NCBI GenBank assembly: GCA_004431415.1
Contig: QPMI01000161.1
Coordinates: 124,001 to 188,000, forward strand
Source: Cyanophora paradoxa CCMP329
Lineage: Eukaryota; Plantae; Glaucophyta
DNA length: 64,000 nt
Direction of reading: 5' to 3'
Within the stretch, counting starts at the first letter, position 1. The number at the start of each line of letters is the position of its first letter. The notes under the pieces are model-generated. The model made no database searches, had not been told where the DNA came from, and saw only the letters and a list, made by a program, of their open reading frames with translations. Below are positions 1-15,650 of this stretch, in pieces. Made by a program: the position numbers and the translations under genes.

Positions 1-1126
1 CAGCGGCGAGCACAGCGGTCCCGTCCTCAAGGTTCGCCTGACTGGTCGAGACTCGCGCTGCCGTCGCGCCGCCGCCGCCGCCGCCGCGCCACCTGACACC
101 GCGCGCGCGCAGCTGAAGGCGAAGGCCGTCGTCCTCGCGGCGGGCGGCTACGCGGCCGACCGCGCGGGCCTCCTGGCGAAGTACACGCCGGACAAGGCGA
201 AGCTGGCGACGACGAACGGGGCGTGGGCGACGGGGGACGGCGTCAAGCTCGCGGAGCGCATCGGGGCCGACCTCATCCACATGGACAAGGTCCAGGTCCA
301 CCCCACGGGCCTCGTCGACCCCGCCGACCCCACCGTTCGCTCCGCCCGCCCGCCCGCCCACCCGCCCCACCCCCGCTTCCCGGCCCGCCTGAGGCCGGGC
401 GGGCGCAGGCGGGCACCAAGTTCCTGGGCCCGGAGGCTCTCCGCGGCGTCGGCGGCATCCTCATCAATCACGAGGGCAAGGTATCCCCTCCCCTCCCTCC
501 CTCCCTCGCCCCGCGCCGCGTGATCGTTCTCGGCGCAGCGCTTTGTGAACGAGCTGGGGCGGCGCGACAACGTGACGTCGGCGATCTTCGCGCACTGCAA
601 GCCGCTGGCCGTGTCGGCGCCGAAAGCCGCGGGCGGCACGGAGCCGCCAGTCGTAGCCTATCTCGTGCTCTCCGACGACGGCAAGGCCCGCTACGGCGCC
701 GGCGCGATCAACTTCTACGCCTCGAAGAAGCTCTTCATCTCGTACCCCAACGCCAAGGCCTTCGCCGAGGGCGCCGGGCTCCCCGCCGAGGCCCTCGAGA
801 AGGCCCTCGCCGAGTACTCGGCGGCGGCGGAGAGCGGCGCGGCGGACGCCTTCGGCCGCAAGGACCGCGCGGCGGCCCCGCGGCCGGACCAGCCGCTCCA
901 CGTCGCGATCATGACGCCGTCGCTGCACTACACGATGGGCGGCGTCCGCATGTCCCCCAAGACCGAGCTGCTGGCCGGCGGGAAGCCCATCCCGGGCCTC
1001 TACGGCGCCGGCGAGGTGACGGGCGGGGTGCACGGCGAGAACCGCCTCGCCGGCAACTCTCTCCTCGAGTGCTGCGTCTTCGGTCGCATCGCTGGCCGCG
1101 AGGCGGCCGCCCGCGCCAAGCTCTGA
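1..1126 (+). CDS. Soluble fumarate reductase / flavocytochrome c flavin-subunit family (Osm1/Frd1-like), 5' part outside window, spliced
   Basis: Exons give [46 protein letters not shown] and [38 protein letters not shown] introns at about 32-112, 335-408 and 481-538. TGA at 1124-1126. Confidence 0.9.
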
Positions 1127-1311
1127 GCATCGGGCCCCGCTCCCGCCCGCCCTCATTTCTTTATCGGCTTTCTCGCTTTTCCTTGAGTTCGAGCATGTCA
1201 TTAAAACCATGCATTTGATAGTGACACGTGATGTTCGCTAGCGGCTAGCTAGCAGCACATCTGTGGTCTAGGCTACCATGTACAGTTGTCCCGTCAGTCG
1301 GGACCTGCAGC

Positions 1312-1571
1312 TGCATTTCAGACACGACCAACGACATCTGGACTAGCCCTAGCAGCTGTTTGGCTAGCAGTGGGCCGCCGGTCGAGTCGTAAGGGCTCAG
1401 ACAGATAGGCAAGTGACGTCGAAAATCGAAATCGAATACCGAAGCTCGAGATCGAAACCTAGGTCTACTTACCCTACGGGCTTAAGATCAAAAGATCAAA
1501 GGTGCGGGCCGTGCCCGGAGGCTCGCCCGTTCCCGCCACGGACTGGCCGCTAAGGAGGAGGAATGCTGCCC
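1312..1571. repeat. Dispersed ~260-bp repeat, copy 1 (possible transposon fragment)
   Basis: Near-identical in direct orientation to 12447-12706 (TGCATTTCAGACACGACCAACGACATCTGG...GGACTGGCCGCTAAGG). Confidence 0.9.
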
Positions 1572-2499
1572 GAGGGGGCCGGAACCCCAACGAGCCCCTC
1601 TCAAGCAACACGGTACCTCTCAAGCAACGCTTCCAACAGTGCGCTCATGTCGTGAGGAGGCTAATTATAAGGCTAGGTCTAGTTATGTGCCGAGCGCACG
1701 CGCAGGTTGGACATGCATTGCCGATCTGTGCGTGCGGCGGCTTCGCTACTCGGGGCCTTTCAACGTGGACCTGCCGGAGCCCTTTGTAATGCAGCTGCTG
1801 CGCTCCTCCGAGTTCCAGAAAGGGCTCGGCTTGACTCAGTGAATCTCGGCGAGGTGCGCCCTTGCGCCCCCATGCGCCGCGCGCTTTCGGCGCCCTGACG
1901 CAGCGATGCTATTTGTTCGTGTTTGTTTTGACTGTGCGCATGATTGCAAGGGGGGGTCAGCTGCTCAAACCCCCCTTGCTACCCGTCGGATTGTCTGTCC
2001 TTTTGTCCAAGTCGGCTAGTTCGCAACATGGACTTTTTCCCGTCGTCGAAATGTTTTTGAAGTACCCCGCGGCCGGCCCGGCGGCCCCGGCCGGCGCCGG
2101 CGGCCGGCGCCGCAGCGCAGCTTCTACTAGGCTAGCCGCGCATTCTCAGTTCCGAAAAGTTCGTGGCATGCAATCGAGCCTGCGCGCGCGGTGGCAAACC
2201 GGCGAGCTCGAGCCTCGAGGCTTATAGCTAGCTAGCCTAGTAGCGGCGACGCCGGCGAGTAGGCGAGTGGCGAGCGAGCGGCCGCGGGCGGCCGCCGGGC
2301 CGCTTGACTTGCTGCTCACCGACCCGCCTCCCGCAGCTCCTCAGGGGCCTAGGCCTGCGCCGTCACGAAGGCCGCGCCATCACCGATCACGGAACCGCGC
2401 GCGCTGCTGCGGATCACGGGGCGGTGCCGCAGTGCGAAGCGCGCGCGGCGTGCGGCGGGACTCTCCGGACGCGGCAGAGACAAGACAGATCTAGACAGC

Positions 2500-2980
2500 G
2501 GTGCAGCTGCTTCGGGCGGCTGCGCGGGTCGCTGGGCGAGGCGGAGGCGGTGCGGGCCGGGCACCGGCGCGCGGCGCTCGCCGGAATTCGAAGGGGCGGA
2601 GGCGCGCGCGGCGGGCGGCTGCGCGGCTCGGCGGGCGGAGCGGAGGCGCGGCGGGCAGCTGCGCAGCTCGGCGGGCAGGGCGGATCCGGATCCCGGAGGC
2701 GCAGCGGGCGGCGGCGCGGCTCGCTGGGCGGGGCGGAGGCGCGGCGCGGCGCGCGGCGGCGCGGCTCGCTGGATCGTCGGACGGGCCCGGGGCGGAAGCG
2801 CGGCGGGCGGTGGCGCGGCTCGTCGGGCGGCGGCGCGCCTCGCCGGGCAGGCTGGGGCGCAGCGGGCGGCGGCGCAGCTCGCCAGGCGAGGCGGGAGGCG
2901 CGGCGGGCGGCGGCAGCCTCGCCTGGCGGGGCGGAGGCTCGGCGGGCGGCGGCGCGGCTTGCGGGGCGGAGGCACTAGCG
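2500..2980. repeat. Degenerate GC-rich minisatellite
   Basis: Recurrent ~40-nt unit GGAGGCGCGGCGGGCGGCGGCGCGGCTCG; produces spurious AEARRAAARL-type ORFs. Confidence 0.7.
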
Positions 2981-3546
2981 CCGGAGGTGCGAGCTGTTCG
3001 AAGTCGAGCTACGCATAGCGAGCGCTAGTTGCAGGACGAACAGATAGCTTTAAATGGACACTGTTCATTTAATTTAGACCCCACTTTGCACATCCTGAGA
3101 CGAGCAGGGGGGGGGGCGAGTCGAAGACCTAGTATAATTACCCCCGCCGCTGCTGCCTTGCTCCCCGCTGGCGCGCCCGCCATGCCCATCGTCGACGTCC
3201 TATAGCTAACTCCAAACCGCGCCAGCCTGCCCTTGCAGCTGCAGCTGCAGTGAGACTTTCGCGCCGGCGCATACGCGTCTATGTCTTAGGGTTGAACTTG
3301 ACAAAGTTAGCCCCGCATTCAGTGAATTGAAACCGTCCATATTCGAGTTCATACCCGACCCGGCCCGGCCTCCCACGATTCAGAGATTCGTATGCTGGGG
3401 GCCTGGGTCTACTAGGCAATTGGCATGCTGGTTCGAAAACAATTCAGGTTTGTGCTACCTACGCTTGGATTATGCGGTTTTCTACGCTACTGAAGCTTGG
3501 AAGGATACACGGGATGCCGCAGTGCGGCGAGAAGGCCGCCGCGCGA

Positions 3547-7290
<3,744 letters not shown>

Positions 7291-7978
7291 TTTCGCAATC
7301 GGAAAATTGTGTACCGCAACTCGGGGGGTACGGCGCAAATATTCCACATCGCGGGCGGCCCGATGGAGGCAGCCCCGAGCGTGGCGACCTGCATGCGCAT
7401 ACGCTGCGCAATCAGGAAGAGGCGCGGCGCTGGCGCGCCTGGGACGCGGCACAGCTGCGGGGGAAAGTGCGCTGGCTCCCTCGGAGATCTAGAACATCGC
7501 CGTCGACGGCACGGACTGCGGTGCTGGCAGCGGCGCGCGGCGAGCGCGGCCTGTGGGGACGCTTGCGAGTCGCGGTGGTCACACACGTGCACTCGAGAGC
7601 TTTTCAGAACCTGCGCACTGCGCACTGCGGTGGCTCGGGATGATAAGCCATAGCAGACGTGCGGCCCTGCGCATGCTGGGCCTGATTCATGATGAGGGGG
7701 CCCGCTTAGCGACGCCGGCCGCACCAAGTCGTTGAGCTCCGAGGCTCTTTGTTCGCTTTGGGGTTGCACAACTTGCGAGCAGACTGCTGGTCACACTGGC
7801 CATGGCCTCCGCGCGCGCTGTGGCGGGTTCCCGGGCCCAATGGCGCACCACGGCTCGCCTATCGTCCGTCGGACCGGAGGTTGCCGCCGCATCAGGCGCT
7901 GAGCGCCAGCTCTGAGGTCAACGCGGTACCCCGGCGAGCAAAAAAAGCCAACAGTTGGCCGCGCAACCGCTTGCTGCC

Positions 7979-10900
7979 ATGTCTGAGGCAGCGGCGATGT
8001 TCAAGGCAAGATGGGGGCGCAACAAGTCCACGAAATTCAAGGAGTCTGCCTCGTCAATAAAGCCGGCATCGCGCCGATACATCGCACAGCCAGCAATCGG
8101 CACGCAGAGCCCTCGTACGGGAGATGCCTGCAACATACAGGACGATGCTATGCTGCAAGCAGAGCTAAGGCTTAGGCTAGCCGCAGTGAACAGCAAGGTC
8201 GAGGTGCGCGGTCGCCGGCCGGTTCAGGCGCGGCCTCACCACGCGGCCCCAGGATCTCATGGACGACTATGACGCGTTCCGGCGGCGTCGCCTCTACGAC
8301 GCTATGGATGCGGCAGAGACGGCGGGGCAGCGCGATCCGGACAAGCTGCTGGAGCTGGAGAAGGTCATCGCAGAGACCAAGCCCGAGTTAGAGTCTGGAG
8401 CGGTGCGCGGAGTCCTGGTGTCTTGAAAGCGCTCCAGAGCCAGCAGCTAAGCTTGCGCCCGCCCCCGCCCCGGCCCCGCAGATTCGAGGCATCGTAGACG
8501 TGCGGCCGCGCTCGGGCTCAGCGCGTGCCAGCCGCCGACGCCACCGCCCGCAGGACTTTCAGCGCGTTGCGGACGACAGGGAGTTCCTCCTCTCGCACGT
8601 GTACAAGTGGTTCTCGAAGCACGAGGCGCGCCCCGGCCCCACGACCGCGCGCCGATTCGGGCCCGCGTGCTGACGCCGCCGGCGCGGGCACAGGAGGACG
8701 ATGAGAAGAGCCTGGACGGGGATCGTGAGCACGAGCTAGAGGCGGGAATCATGGCCCCCGAAACCTTCACGGTCGACTTCATGGGCTTCGAGCGCGCCCG
8801 GCAGCAGAAGTGACCGACACCGTCCTCGCGCATCTCGCCCGCCGGCGCCGTCCTCAGGCCCCGCGCGCGCGTGCAGGCGGGAAGAGCTCAAGACGCTGCA
8901 CGACCAGGAGCTGCTGAATATCCTTCGACCGCCCCGCGCCTCCGCCGGCGCCCCGCGCCCCGCGCCCCTCGCCGCCACCTTGACGCGCGCCGGCCGCACT
9001 GCTGGAGAGGCGGCTGCTGAAGGTGATGACGGAGGGAGGGCCGCAGACGCCGGCGCCGAACCTGGACGCGCTGGAGGAGCTGAAGGAGGAGTTCCGGGCG
9101 GCCAAGAAGCAGGTCCAGGAGGCCGAGCTCCGCATGCTCGACATCAAGATGCAGTTCGAGGCGCGCCCGCCCGCCTGCTTTGCGCGCGTTACATCCAGGC
9201 GCGCAGCGCGACTCACGTGCGCGGGGCGGGGGGCACAGACGAAGGAGAAGGAGCTGGAGACGCGGGGCCGGGAGCTGGACTCGCTCCGGGTACAGCTTCT
9301 TCAACGGGACAAGGCGCGTGGGGCCAGAGCCGGGGCTGGTGCCGGGAGGAGTACGCAGAGAACGGTCGGCTGAGGCGGGGCGGGGCGGGGCGGGGCGCAC
9401 AGGAGCTGGAGCAGAAGGACCAGAAGCTGGAAGAGGCGCGGCAGCGGATGGAGGCCCTGAAGGACCGCGCCCGCGACTGTGCGCCCCACTTGCTTGGCTC
9501 TCCTCTCTATCGTGACTCCAACTGATCGCCGCGCTCGGGCGCAGACTCGACGGCGCGGGACACGGAGGAGCGGGCGAAGAAGGAGATGACGGACCGGCTG
9601 GAGCGGGCGATCGCGACGGCGAACCGCACGGAGGCGGACCTGCTCGCAGCCCGCAAGGCCGCGCAGGAGGCCGAGGATCGCGAGGCGAGGCTCAAGGGCG
9701 AGCTGGCGGAGGCGGCGGGGGCGCTGGAGCGGGAGCAGCGGCTGCGGGCGCAGCGCGAGGAGGACCTCGCGGGCCGGGACACAATCGTGAGGCACCTCAA
9801 GGCCCAGATCGAGGAGCTCTCCTCCGAGGGCCGCGCCGCCGAGGCCCGGGCGGCGCGGGCGGCGGAGGAGGCGGCGCGCGAGGCGGCGGCGGCGCGCGAG
9901 GCGGCGGCGCACCAGTGCGACCACGCGGAGGAGATCGGCGCCATGCGGGAGCTCCTCGCCCAGGCGAGCCCCCTGCTCTGCTCTCTCCGCGTTCGGCTCT
10001 GATGAGGGGCGGGGGGCGCAGCTGCAAGGGCGGCTGCGCGACGCGAAGCGGGACGTCAGGGAGGCCGCCATCGCCTCCGAGCGGGCGCGCGCTCCCCGCC
10101 GCTTCCGGCACCCCCGCAGCTCACCCTCGCGCCCCGCGCAGGCCTTCCGCGGCTCCGTCGCGTCGACTCCGGCGGGCGGGGCCACCCCGCGGGCCGTTTC
10201 GCCCGTCCCCGAGCACGGGCACGAGGAGGAGCGGGCGGCCCCGGCCCCAGCTCCGGCTGAGGCGGGCGAGGCGGAAGCGGGGGCGCTCGTGGCGACGCCG
10301 CCGCGGGGGCAGGCGGGCGAGGAGCGGCGCGGGGCCTCATGAAGGTCCGCGGCAACTCGTTCCGCAAGCCGGCCTCATCGGGCGCAAGCTTCGGGGCCAA
10401 GCCGGCGCCAGCTGCGGCGGCCGCGGCGGCCGTCGCCGCCGCCCCTCCGCCTCGGCGCCGGGGACGCCGACATCGGCGCCGGTGACGGCCCCCCCGTCGA
10501 TGCCCCTCTCGCCCCTCAACGTCGGCGGCGCCATCGCCGCCCTCCGGAACGAGGTGCGGTCCCGGCAAGCGCAAGGCGTGGCCGGCGGCGGAGGGGCCGA
10601 CGCGGGGGGCAGATCGAGGCGACGTCGGAGGCGGCGGTGCGGATGGAGGCGGCGGCCGGGGACCTCGAGCTCGAGGCGACGCGGGGCGAGCTCAAGGCGG
10701 CCCTCAAGCGCGAGCGCGCCGCCCAGCGCGCCGCCCAGGAGAGCGTGCGCCTGGCCGGCGAGCTCCGCTCCCAGCTCGAGGCGGCGGCGGCGGAAGCGCA
10801 GGGGAAGGAGGAGGCGGCGCAGGACGCGCTCTTCCGCCTCGAGCTGGCGCAGGCGGAGCTCGCCAAGGTCGAGGAGCTGCAGAAGGTCCTCGCCGAGCGC

Positions 10901-12193
10901 GAGGCGACCGTCGGCGAGCTCCGCGCCCTCGTCCAGCAGCTGCGCGAGTCGTCGGCGGGGGACCAGCGCCGCATCGAGGAGCTGCTGGCGGCGGGGGCGC
11001 GCATGCAGGCCGAGGCGCGGGAGCAGGCGGTGGAGATCCGGGGGGGACCCAAGGAGGAGGCCCTCCCCAAGATCGAGCGCTTCCTGAAGCGCATGGAGGA
11101 GACGAACAAGGTGACGGCGGAGCGCTGGGAGGCCAAGAAGGGCCTCATCCTGCAGGAGACGCGCCGCCGCCTCGAGGCGCTCCTCGTCGTGGTCGACAAG
11201 GAGCAGGACCGGGCCAAGACCCTCACGCAGATCGCCTCGCTCATCGACACGCAGGCCGCCGCCCGCCGCGTCGCCGCCAACGGCCGCGGCGTCGGCCTCT
11301 TCGTCCCCAAGCTCCAGACCGCCGTCGCCGCGGCGCTCGCCGAAGCGGCCCAGCGCGCCGCGCTCGCCGCCTCCGACCGGGCGCAGACGGAGCGCGCCCC
11401 GCCGCGCGGCGCCGCCGCCGCGCGGGAACGCTTCACGTGGAGCCCGCCCGAGCGGCGACCCAACTCGGCGTGCGTCGCGCCCCCTTTCCTCCCCCGCCAC
11501 GAGCGGGCCCGGCGCGACTCATTCCGATCGCAGGGTGCTGGGGCCGCCGGTGCGGCGGGCCGTCCTCGAGCTCGAGCTCACGGGGGCGCCCCGCACCGCC
11601 CCGGGCCTCCCCGTCGCCCTGCCCCCCGCCCGCGGCGCCTTCGACGGGCTCGCCCCCGGCACCGCCCCTCGGGGGTCCTCCGCCCGCCTCGGCCCCGGGC
11701 TCCCACGGGGCCGGCCACAGCCTCGCCCCCCCTCCTTCCGCCGTCGCTACAGCGGCTCCGAAGAGTCCGCCGCCCGCCCGCCCCGCGCCCCCTCTGGGGC
11801 GCCATTCCAAGCGCCGGCGCTGACGCTCGCCCGCGCAGGAGCGGCAACGAGAGCGGCGGCGGCGGCGGCGGCGGCCTCGGCGGGCTGGCGCGGCCGCTCT
11901 CTGGCTCCGTGACGGATGGAGAGGCGTTCTTCCGCCGCCCCGCGGGGCGTCCGCACCAGCGGACACCGGGGGAGGGCGGCACCCGTGGCTCGCCCACCCG
12001 CCGCCCGCCGCTCGCCATAGGCGCCGGCGCGGGGCCCCTCCGGCGGAGCGCCCCGGAATCAGTTGGGGGCGAGGGTCCGCCCCTCGGCCTTCCCAGCGCC
12101 CGCTTCGAGCACTCGCGCGGCTCCCTCCCCTCCGCCAGCCGCGGCCGCCACTCTGCCCGCCCCGCCCACACCCCCGTCTACCTCCTCAGCTAG
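7979..12193 (+). CDS. Long coiled-coil protein of unknown function, spliced (one AT-AC and several GC-AG introns)
   Basis: E/A/R/L-rich heptad exons (LEELKEEFRAAKKQVQEAELRML, ELAQAELAKVEELQKVLAE) joined by short introns. Reading frame in 10140-10550 and the exact 3' end are uncertain. Confidence 0.7.
8918..8999 (+). other. U12-type (minor spliceosome) AT-AC intron
   Basis: Donor ATATCCTT, branch CCTTGAC at 8978-8984, acceptor CAC. Removal restores the frame QELLMLERRLLK. Confidence 0.88.
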
Positions 12194-12446
12194 CGCCCCT
12201 CCCCGCGCCTCCCCCGGGGCTGCCGGGCGCGGTCGCCTACGGGCTCGGCCTCCCGCCTGACACGCCTCCGTTTATTGTCAAGTTGTAGATTACCGAATAA
12301 TTTACTAAATACTAAGAACTCTTATTCCTCTTTCGCTAGCTAGCTACCTCCCATGCAGGCTCCCCCCCTCGAGCGCTCCGTAGACCTCTAAAGAAATTTC
12401 TCTCTAGCTCGCGAATTTTCCCTCAAATTCTTACTTCCAAGCTCCG

Positions 12447-12706
12447 TGCATTTCAGACACGACCAACGACATCTGGACTAGCCCTAGTAGCTGTTTGGCT
12501 AGCAGTGGGCCGCCGGTCGAATCCATGGGCTCAGTCAGATGGGCAAGCGACGTCGAAAATCGAAATCGAATACCGAAGCTCGAGATCGAAACCCTAGGTC
12601 TACTTGCCCTACGTGCTTAAGATCGGAAGATCAGAGGTGCGGGCCGTGCCCGGAGGCTCGCCCGTTCCCGCCACGGACTGGCCGCTAAGGGAGAGGAATA
12701 CTGCCC
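12447..12706. repeat. Dispersed ~260-bp repeat, copy 2
   Basis: Matches 1312-1571 with scattered substitutions and small indels. Confidence 0.9.
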
Positions 12707-12885
12707 CGGACCGGGACACCGGTACCGGGCCTCCCCCGCTCCCGAAGGTGCGTAAGGTGGAGCCGCATCGCGCCGCGTCGGATCGAAGCTGGGGTGCTGG
12801 GGCCATCGCAATCCGTGCGGATCGCCTGCGCGACGCCGCGCGCGAGATCAAATTAATTAGAGAAAACACGCGAAATCGAAGACGA

Positions 12886-12941
12886 AGGGCCAGATCGCGC
12901 GAGAGCGGGGCGAGGGCCAGATCGCGCGAGAGCGGGGCGAG
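12886..12941. repeat. 27-bp direct tandem duplication
   Basis: AGGGCCAGATCGCGCGAGAGCGGGGCG x2. Confidence 0.85.
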
Positions 12942-13197
12942 GCGAGCGCTAGCATACGTGCGCTAGCGGGGGTCGTGCTCGTTTGTATCGCAGCACGCGC
13001 GCTTTCGTGCGGCGCACCGTGTTCATTCCTGGTCGTTCGCGGGAGGCTGGCCGTGCGGGGCGTGAGCGGGGTTGAAAGGCGCGGTGCGCGGGGAGGCTCA
13101 CTGTAGCGCTGTTTTCCGGCGTGGTCGGCGTAGCCTGCTCGCGCAGGGCCCTGCAGCTGTCCGTTCTACGGGCGTGAAGGGGTACTGCAATCGTGAA

Positions 13198-13296
13198 TCG
13201 TCCAACTTTCGTCCAACTTTCGTCCAACTTTCGTCCAGCTTTCGTCCAACTTTCGTCCAACTTTCGTCCAACTTTCGTCCAACTTTCGTCCAACTT
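13198..13296. repeat. 11-bp tandem repeat (TCGTCCAACTT)9
   Basis: Nine units, one carrying an A>G variant. Confidence 0.95.
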
Positions 13297-13620
13297 AAGC
13301 TTCCGTCCAAGTACTAGTGCCAGTCGACGTCGTAATCCGGGTGCCCGACGATGAGGTGGGCGGGGGGCTCGCGTCAGCTCCACACTGCTGAAGCTAGGGG
13401 AGCTCGAGATCTAGATCTAGATATCGATCTAGAGTCGAGCTCGAGCTCGACGCCCTGTACGTATACATGTATATATGCATGTATACGTGCGTACAGCGCT
13501 AGCTATATATATATAGCTATATATATATATAGAGCTCGAGCTCGAGCTCGAAGGCGCCGCAGCGCTGATTGATATTCACGTGATATTCATCGGAATAGCT
13601 AGCCAGACAAGCTCCGTGAA

Positions 13621-15616
13621 ATGAGACCAGCCAGGTCTCTCATTCTCGCCGTGCTCCTCGCTGCAGCTGCAGTTTGCAGTTTAGCGGGCCATGGCCAGCT
13701 GCAGGCGGGGCCAGCCCCCGCGAAGGCGGCGCCCAGCGGCGGCGGAGATCTCGAAGACACGCTGGGCAGCGAGGACACGCCCGTCCAAGCGCGTGTGGAG
13801 CTCAACTCCGAGCGCTTGTGTCTTCCGGGTGCACATCATGATCAGTCCTTTCCTCTCGCCGGATCATGACGTGACTCGCCGAGTCGCGATGTCTGTCTAG
13901 ATCGCTGGATCGTCGTTCGTGGAACTCTCGAGTCTCCTGCGCGTGTGTCTAATGGTGTTCGCAGGTCTTCAAGCCCGCAGCCTCTGATTTGGACATCAGC
14001 GTGAGCGTTTTTCGCGCGAATTTCACGTCTTGTCGCGAAACTCAAATCCCGCTTCGCAGGCGCACATCGATGCAATCAAGCGGATCGTTTCCCGCCCGGT
14101 GCTCACGAAGGGGAGCGCTAGCTACGCAGACAGCGTGCCTCCGGAGATCCTCTTCCGCTTTACGCGTGGTTTTGCAAGCCGGTGAGCTTTGTAATTGTAA
14201 AACAAAAACTGATTACTCTTCTCATAATCTTGACATATATAGTTCTCACATGTGGTCAGGTTGGGCCCTATCGCCGTGCTTGCCCTCCAGCGGTCGAGCC
14301 TGGTGAGCTGGATCGAGTGCGATCAGCCAGCGTCGGTGTACGAGGTCGCCCAGCCCATCGGGAACGAGACGGCGAACGTCACCGCTTTTTTGCAGTCCGT
14401 CCCTGCAGTCATCTACCGCTCGAACTGGGGCCTCGATCGCATCGGCACGCACGAGGCCCTTGAATTTGATCTATTTATCGCGGCCCTCTGATTCTGATTG
14501 CGCCGAGCAGACCAGCTTTTTCCGCCCCTGGACCAGCAGTACGTCTACAACGCGACCGGCTGCGGCGTCAACGCGTACGTCATCGACACGGGCGTCGCGG
14601 TGTGTATGTGCATGCGTGACGAATATTCCAGCATCATGATCATTATCAGCCGCGCGGTCTAATTTTGCACTCAGGTCGATCACGGGGACTTTCAAGGCCG
14701 CGCGGTGGGGCTTCATTCCCGATCCGCCGTCTTTCCTGTCGGCCCCGCCCTTGACTTATATTTACTTTTAAATTTGCGCAGTTTCGCGCTTACGACAATC
14801 AGGGCGGCTCTGGTTTTGCCTACGCGTACGACTGCCACGGTCACGGAACCCAGTGCGCATGCGTCCCGGCCCCGCAAATTTCGCTTTTCCGCGCGAAACA
14901 CGCCGGCCCATCCTTTATGGCGCAGCGTGGCGGGCATCCTAGGCTCGACCACGTACGGCGTCGCAAAGCGGGTCACGCTCTGGTCCGTCCGCGCCGTCGG
15001 CTGCGGCGGAACAACCTCGGTGCCGTTGATTGCTATCGGTATCGCCGCAACGGCGCGCGGCGCCGCCCGCTGCTTCCCGTCTAAGATGGAGCCGTGTGTG
15101 CAGGTGGCGGCGCTGATTGACGGGATTTCGTGGGTGGCGCGGAACGGCCGGCGCCCCGCCGTCATCAACATTTCCGTCGTCTCGGGCTACTCCGCCGCCC
15201 TCAACGAGTACACCGCCTGGTCCGCTCCGCCATCACATGCATCCAGGGGAGCGGAGGGGGCCGTGATCGGAGGTGCCGAACAGGGCCGTCGCGTCGGGGA
15301 TCGCGGTGGTCGTCGGCGCCGGCAACTCGAACAAGGACGCCTGCAGCCGCTCTCCCGCCTCCGCCGCGGCCGCCATCACCGTGGGGGGCACCGACCGGCC
15401 CGACCCCTGGGACGGCAAGGCCCTCTACAGCAACTACGGGCCCTGCGTCGACGTCTTCGCTCCCGGCACGGACAGCGCGCCCTTCTCTCCTTTGTTCTTA
15501 AGCAAAGTTAACAGTCCTTTAGATCTAGATGTCACGAACTGACTCCGAGCTCATGATCACGAGCAGTCCTCTCGCTGGCGCCTGGCCCGGCGCGCACCGA
15601 AGTCGCGTACAAGTCG

Positions 15617-15650
<34 letters not shown>

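Noticed and set aside
481-538. Intron donor GTATCCCC resembling U12
   Set aside because: It lacks TT at +7/+8 and a U12 branch point, so I treated it as U2.
1478-1502. GGCTTAAGATCAA resembling the U2 snRNA 5' region
   Set aside because: It is not followed by the GTGTAGTA branch-recognition sequence and is part of the dispersed repeat.
3501-3508. GTATCCTT (U12 donor consensus) on the minus strand just after the subtilase 1 stop
   Set aside because: It lies in the 3' UTR with no matching CCTTRAC branch and acceptor downstream, so it is likely chance.
10140-10560. Apparent frame changes in the coiled-coil gene (also near 40980)
   Set aside because: Could be unrecognised introns or assembly indels in GC-rich runs. 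Not evidence of recoding or pseudogenisation.
13198-13296. Telomeric repeat or CRISPR array
   Set aside because: There are no spacers, and the unit is not a G-rich telomere-like motif.
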